A DNA stretch of 64,000 bases, taken from a virus. Taxonomy: Duplodnaviria; Caudoviricetes. The notes below the pieces were generated by a model that worked only from the letters and a program-made list of their open reading frames with translations, was not told the DNA's origin and did not search any database. The translations under genes and the position numbers were made by a program. How positions within the stretch are numbered: the stretch's first letter is position 1; each line of letters starts with the position of its first letter. The stretch lies in IMG/VR virus record IMGVR_UViG_3300029705_000039; one strand, 5' to 3'. Shown in pieces: positions 59,032 through 64,000 of the stretch.

Positions 59032-60033
59032 ATGGATATCTTTATTATTATATGTCTAATTGGTTTATCTCTTTACCTTGCTTATAAATATACTCAATTA
59101 CAAAAGTAGCAATCTAGTTATAAGGAACTATAGACGGATATTTAGAACGCGAATAGTATCTTAGACGATATTAAAGCATAGACTAAAACCGCCACAGAAG
59201 AGCTACAAGATATATAGCAATCTTAGACTAGTCATCAGTTTGAATTGGTTGCTCTACTTGCTAAAGAAGACGAATTACGCAAAAATATTGATAGTAATTA
59301 GGCAATCGTAGCAAGCCAAACCGAAATTATTAATAACTATCGAGAGCAATACAGTGCCCTAAAAGATGAGTAGGATAAAAAATGTCTACAAATCATTTAG
59401 GATACTTCCTTAAAAATTAATTAGATTGAAGCAAGTTATAAATTAACTATTGAATAGAAGGAACAAGAAACCAAAGCGATTATTGAATAGTTAGCTGCCA
59501 ATCTTGAGGAAGAGCGGCAAAAATATCTTTCTATTATCGAAACTGTCTAGAATGCTTAGACAGAAGATGAAAAAGATGCCAATAGGCATATTAAAATTCG
59601 TGATGCCACAAAAGATGATATTAATTATCTTTTAAATAATGTTGCCAATAAACTATCTAATCCTGATATTTTATATAAGCTTATTTGGTCTGAATATATT
59701 CAAAAACCTACTAATGAGATGTTAGACTTTATTTTACCACAACGTGATTGCCCGGGTATTTATAAAATCACTAACGATAAAAATAAAAAAGCGTATATCG
59801 GTCGTTCCACTTCTGTCCGTAAACGTCTAACCGACCACATCAAAAGCGCGGTTGGCATAAGCACCATCGCGGATTAGCGAGTTCATCAAGCAATGCGGGA
59901 AGAAGGCTTATGGAATTTTACTTTTGAACTGATAGAAGAATGCGATAAAGACAAGCTTAATGAGCGAGAAAAATTTTATATCCAATTCTTCTCAACCGAA
60001 CAACTTGGATATAATCAGAAAGCAGGAGGCTAA
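59032..60033 (+). CDS. membrane-anchored coiled-coil GIY-YIG nuclease (15 TAG=Gln; absent from ORF track)
   Basis: N-terminal TM, long coiled coil, GIYKITN...YIGRS...R...H...E..GYN. Confidence 0.85.
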
Positions 60034-60035
60034 TT

Positions 60036-60431
60036 GTGTTAGTAAATCAAATTATTCCCACCGAAATGCGTGAGCGTATATGCGTGCATTGCGACCATCA
60101 CGATAATGATACTGGCGACCCAATGACCTATCTAATCGCTGGGCCGCGGCAGGGTAAATCAACAGAAACCATTCGTCAAGCAGTCTTTCGCCGCAATACG
60201 ATTCTTTCTACCGAATATGATTTTTATAGAAGCGCGGGAATGAAGCACGTGAGTGAAGCCCGACCAGGAGAAGTGTCATACTTAGGTTTGCGCGACATAT
60301 TCGCTAATGAGCTAAAATTAACTGAACCTCTAAATTTATGTGTAGATAATGCTCGGACTGTCTTGGAAGAACTCTTAACCGAAAGGTTTAATGTCCCAGT
60401 AAAAATTAACTTTATGTCCTTGGAGGCTTAA
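60036..60431 (+). CDS. small P-loop-like protein
   Basis: GPRQGKST; similar architecture to 508-816. Confidence 0.5.
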   Translation: MLVNQIIPTEMRERICVHCDHHDNDTGDPMTYLIAGPRQGKSTETIRQAVFRRNTILSTEYDFYRSAGMKHVSEARPGEVSYLGLRDIFANELKLTEPLNLCVDNARTVLEELLTERFNVPVKINFMSLEA

Positions 60432-60433
60432 TC

Positions 60434-60775
60434 ATGGACGATAAAATGCTAAAAGATATGGAAAAAGTTAAAGTCACCGCCGCGGCGCAAGATTTATGGG
60501 AGCCCGCAAAACCTGGCGAGACTTTAGATAATATTTGGATACCTAATCGTCGCGAACGCAGAAAGATGTTAAAAGCTAAAGGCAAAAAACGTCATATGCG
60601 CGTTATGGGTAAAATCCTGCAAGAAGCGGAAAATTGCGCAAAAGGTAGCCCTGAATTTAAAAAAGAAATCTACAAGGCCCTTTATGATAATCTTAAAAAA
60701 ATGACTGAAAATATTGAAGAAGAACTAAAAGAAAAGAACGAAAAGGAGAACACTGAAAATGTTGGAACTGATTAA
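60434..60775 (+). CDS. hypothetical protein
   Basis: NRRERR motif, GGAGG RBS. Confidence 0.65.
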   Translation: MDDKMLKDMEKVKVTAAAQDLWEPAKPGETLDNIWIPNRRERRKMLKAKGKKRHMRVMGKILQEAENCAKGSPEFKKEIYKALYDNLKKMTENIEEELKEKNEKENTENVGTD

Positions 60776-60959
60776 GGAAACTAAGGTATGGCGCGTAAGC
60801 TCTGAAGATGCGGCTGTTGATATGATTAATGAAGAGAAAGAAAAGGCCGCAGGCTATACTATCACTAAAGCCGCTTATGTAATTAAGATTAAGAAATCTA
60901 AGGGAGAAATTGTAGATTCTTGGTGTATTGTAACGATTGAATATTCTTATGAGGTGTAA
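60759..60959 (+). CDS. hypothetical protein
   Basis: AAGGAG RBS. Confidence 0.6.
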   Translation: MLELIKETKVWRVSSEDAAVDMINEEKEKAAGYTITKAAYVIKIKKSKGEIVDSWCIVTIEYSYEV

Positions 60960-60963
60960 ATAA

Positions 60964-61758
60964 ATGCCCACTAATGATTGGACTGAATTATTTGATAGTT
61001 TTCAAGAACTATTTGCTATGACAGACGAAGATTTAGAACGAGTAAAACCTATTATTCTACGCGAAATTTCTGAAAATATTAGCGGCCCTAATTCTCTTGT
61101 CAGTATTGAGAATTATATTAAGGAATGCGATTTAATGGGATATGATATTAATCGATATAATGAAGATATCGAAAATAGTCGTATCTTAATCTATAATACT
61201 ATGATGGAACTAAAAGAGAAATATGCCGATTCCGAAATGAAGGCAGAATTAATTGATAATATCTATAGCCTTATGGAATCTTATTTAGCCTTAGTTGCTC
61301 TTAAAGTAGCCAATCGTGAAAGCGCGAATATTGGTATTGAATTGATTCATCCTGCTGCTAAGATTCCTACTTACGCCCATGATGGCGACCAGGGTGCTGA
61401 TATTTATGTTCCTGAGGATAACATTATCCCTGCCAATGCACGCGGCCATATGGTTCATACTGGCATCAAACTCTTAATCCCTCGCGGCTGGGCAATTTCT
61501 ATTCGACCTCGTAGTGGTATGAGTAAGAATACCCCCTTGCGCATTTCCAATTCTCCTGCGACTATCGACCAGCAGTATCGCGGAGAAGTTAATATTCTTT
61601 TTGATAATTTGAGTGATGAACCTTATGAAATTAAGGCTGGCGAACGAATTGCTCAATTTATCTTAGAAAAGAATTATAAGGCAGATTATAGTCAGGTTGA
61701 TACTGTTGAGCCTGATACCGACCGCGGCGAAGGCGGCTTTGGAAGTTCTGGCAACTAA
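60964..61758 (+). CDS. dut: dUTPase with about 120-aa N-terminal extension
   Basis: GADI, RPRSG, TIDQQYRGE, ERIAQ, RGEGGFGSSG. Confidence 0.92.
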   Translation: MPTNDWTELFDSFQELFAMTDEDLERVKPIILREISENISGPNSLVSIENYIKECDLMGYDINRYNEDIENSRILIYNTMMELKEKYADSEMKAELIDNIYSLMESYLALVALKVANRESANIGIELIHPAAKIPTYAHDGDQGADIYVPEDNIIPANARGHMVHTGIKLLIPRGWAISIRPRSGMSKNTPLRISNSPATIDQQYRGEVNILFDNLSDEPYEIKAGERIAQFILEKNYKADYSQVDTVEPDTDRGEGGFGSSGN

Positions 61759-62498
61759 TGGCAATTAATATTTTCACGGTTTAGTCAGACCTTGAAAATG
61801 CTGGTTGGTAGTTATTATCTACTACATATAAAAATTTAAAAACTCCTCTTGAAATGGTATGTCCTAAAGGGCATATCATTCAAGAGACTTATGAAGTTTG
61901 GCGTAAAAAACACGAATGCTCTGAATGCGCAAAGTTGGCGGCCAAGGCATCAAAAAGAAATAAATTACCATAGAAAAATAATAATGTTTATCGTATTTTA
62001 GCCCTGGACGCCGCCACCGGTACAACAGGCTATTCAATTTATGACGATAAACAATTAGTTGCTTATGGAACATTTACTACACAATATAGTGATGATTCTA
62101 CTGATAAAATTAATTAGGTAAAAAAATGGGTAGATGAAGTTTGCCAAGTTTGTGCGCCAGATGCTATTGGTATTGAAAATATTTAGTATCAAAAAGAACA
62201 CGGTGTAAAAACATTTTAGACACTTGCCAATTTATAGGGCGTCCTATTAGATTTCTGTTTTGAAAATCGCGATAAATATAAATATGGCTTGGCCGCGTCT
62301 TCTACTTGGCGCTCATATCTAGGAATTAATCACGGCGATTAGCGCGAAAGTGCAAAGAAGTAGGCATAGTCCTATGTAAAACTTATGTTTGGAATTGATG
62401 CCACACAAGATGAAGCGGATGCTATTTGTTTAGGTAAATATTTTACAAGTAAATTTATAGAAAAGCGAAAAATCGCTTGGGGAGAAGATATTTTATGA
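61758..62498 (+). CDS. RuvC-like Holliday junction resolvase with N-terminal Zn finger (10 TAG=Gln; absent from ORF track)
   Basis: CPKGH...CSEC; ILALDAATGTTGY, IE, WR, DEADAI. Confidence 0.85.
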
Positions 62499-62875
62499 TT
62501 ACTCTAACTGTTAAAGATTTATTGAATATGAAAGATGTCCTTCAGGTTATGGCAAATACTCCTATGGCCGCGAAAGATAGTTTAAATATGTATCGTATGC
62601 TTAAGGTATTTGATAAAGAATATGAAGGCATTAGTGAAACTCAAGCTAATCTACTAAAGAAATATGTTGCCAAAGAGGGTGAAGAATACCTTACCGATAA
62701 GAATGGTAATTATGTAATTACTGCGGATAAGATGGAAGATTATAATAAGGAAGCAATTGAATTTTTAAATACTACTATTGAATTTAATATTAATCCTTTG
62801 TCTTGGAATGCGGTAGAAAGTATGAAACTAACTCCTAATCAGATTTCTACTTTAGAAAAGATTATGGAAGAGTAA
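62495..62875 (+). CDS. hypothetical protein (DUF1617-like)
   Basis: ATG overlaps the RuvC stop; L...P.QI..L tail. Confidence 0.55.
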   Translation: MITLTVKDLLNMKDVLQVMANTPMAAKDSLNMYRMLKVFDKEYEGISETQANLLKKYVAKEGEEYLTDKNGNYVITADKMEDYNKEAIEFLNTTIEFNINPLSWNAVESMKLTPNQISTLEKIMEE

Positions 62876-62888
62876 GATAGGTAAAAAG

Positions 62889-62916
62889 AAAAAGAGGGCG
62901 AAAGCCCTCTTTTATT
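62889..62916. terminator. bidirectional intrinsic terminator
   Basis: AAAAGAGGGC-GAAA-GCCCTCTTTT between convergent genes. Confidence 0.8.
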
Positions 62917-62917
62917 T

Positions 62918-64000
62918 TTATAGATAAACATACATAACATAAGCGTTCGACCACGTATGGTCCTCACCTTCATTCAAACCTTCCAAATTTACTGTCATTT
63001 TTATAATAGAGCCCGCGGGAATATTATGAACATAATTGCCGGAACTCTGATTATGAATCTAAAATTCAATACCTAATTGTGTTGAATTTACCAAATTAGT
63101 AATTGTTGTTTTATCTGTTGAAGTGAAGGTAAAAGAATATTCTCTAGTACCGCCAGAGGTAGCCAATGTTATACCGCCATTTAAAGAACTAGAAAATAAT
63201 TTTATGTATTTACCAGTAGACTCTTGCCACCATCCAATAGCGCATCTAAGTCTACGTGGATCATAGCCAGACGAGGAGCAATTAATGGGGACTTTAACCG
63301 TTACAGACATACTAGTCGCGCCAGCATCGGAAGCATTCACTTTATTATTATATAATGTATAACCACAATGACGGTTCTCTGCTGCGCCTCCATCAGTAAA
63401 AAGATAATACTCACTCGTAGTGCTTTTCGACGTAAAAGTTTTCTTGGCTTCAGTACCAGTATTTTGATAAATTTTTGTGCTAGAACCAGAAGGACAAATC
63501 CATATATTCCCTAGTTCAGCAGGAGGTTCGTCTGGGCCAACATAAATTTTTTTCTATAACATTAACTCTTCGCCATTTAATAACAAAGATAAAGCATTAA
63601 TATTGGCATTTTCTATTGTAACAGTACCAGATTCGGGAGTAATCTCAATATCTTCAGCCTAAGTAGATAATTGAGTATTATCCTATATGGTAAAAAGCGG
63701 AGAAACTAAATTTAAACTATTAGCTATAATACGAACATCAGGAGCCTATTCATAATCAGAAGGTTCAAACGTTAATTTTTCATCCTCATCAGTTTCACCA
63801 ATATAATTGCCTGTGACTCTGAAAATCTCACCAGCTTTAAAATCCGCTTTCGTACCTTTTGTAAAAATGCCCTCCTAACTAATAGACAAAGATGTTAATA
63901 TTATATCATTATTGTATTGATTTAATTCTATCGCTAACTGCGAACTCTCGTCTTGGCCTAAAAGAATTACAGAGTGGTATCCGGAATCTTCTCCTGTTTT
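62918..64000 (-). CDS. 3' part of a recoded tail/structural-type protein (runs off window)
   Basis: minus frame interrupted by TAG codons, S/T/G-rich, IYVGPDEP...IWI motif; ends TAA 62918. Confidence 0.6.

Overview
AT-rich segment of a large lytic-type bacteriophage, probably infecting an anaerobic Bacillota (Firmicutes) host: sigmaA-type promoters, SpoIID/SH3b lysin, LL-H-like holin, NrdDG. The phage uses an alternative genetic code. In-frame TAG codons fall at conserved Gln positions (YIG*T in two GIY-YIG genes, AA*AVCARTY in SpoIID, DVRQL*ALL in a peptidoglycan-binding domain), and a Gln-like CUA-anticodon tRNA is encoded at 11557-11647. Many genes are therefore fragmented or missing in the code-11 ORF track. 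Layout: small early genes and an R-M-like pair (0-4.4 kb); a minus-strand operon (4.5-7 kb); lysis genes (7.5-10.4 kb); tRNAs plus a precursor-rSAM-rSAM-GT2-GT8 cluster (10.8-17.2 kb); a tRNA/ncRNA array (17.6-24 kb); nucleotide salvage and replication genes (26-62 kb, nrdD split by a group I intron); the 3' end of a recoded tail-type gene. The most unusual content is RNA: a covarying mimic of the 23S rRNA L11-binding (GTPase-centre) domain, a tRNA-Gln split in its anticodon by a complete tRNA-like RNA, a tRNA-Pro split by an endonuclease ORF with no room for a ribozyme core, two circularly permuted tRNA-like RNAs, and a six-copy CAGCAA stem module grafted onto tRNA-like domains. All coordinates, folds and counts were done by eye, and family assignments come from recalled motifs, not searches.
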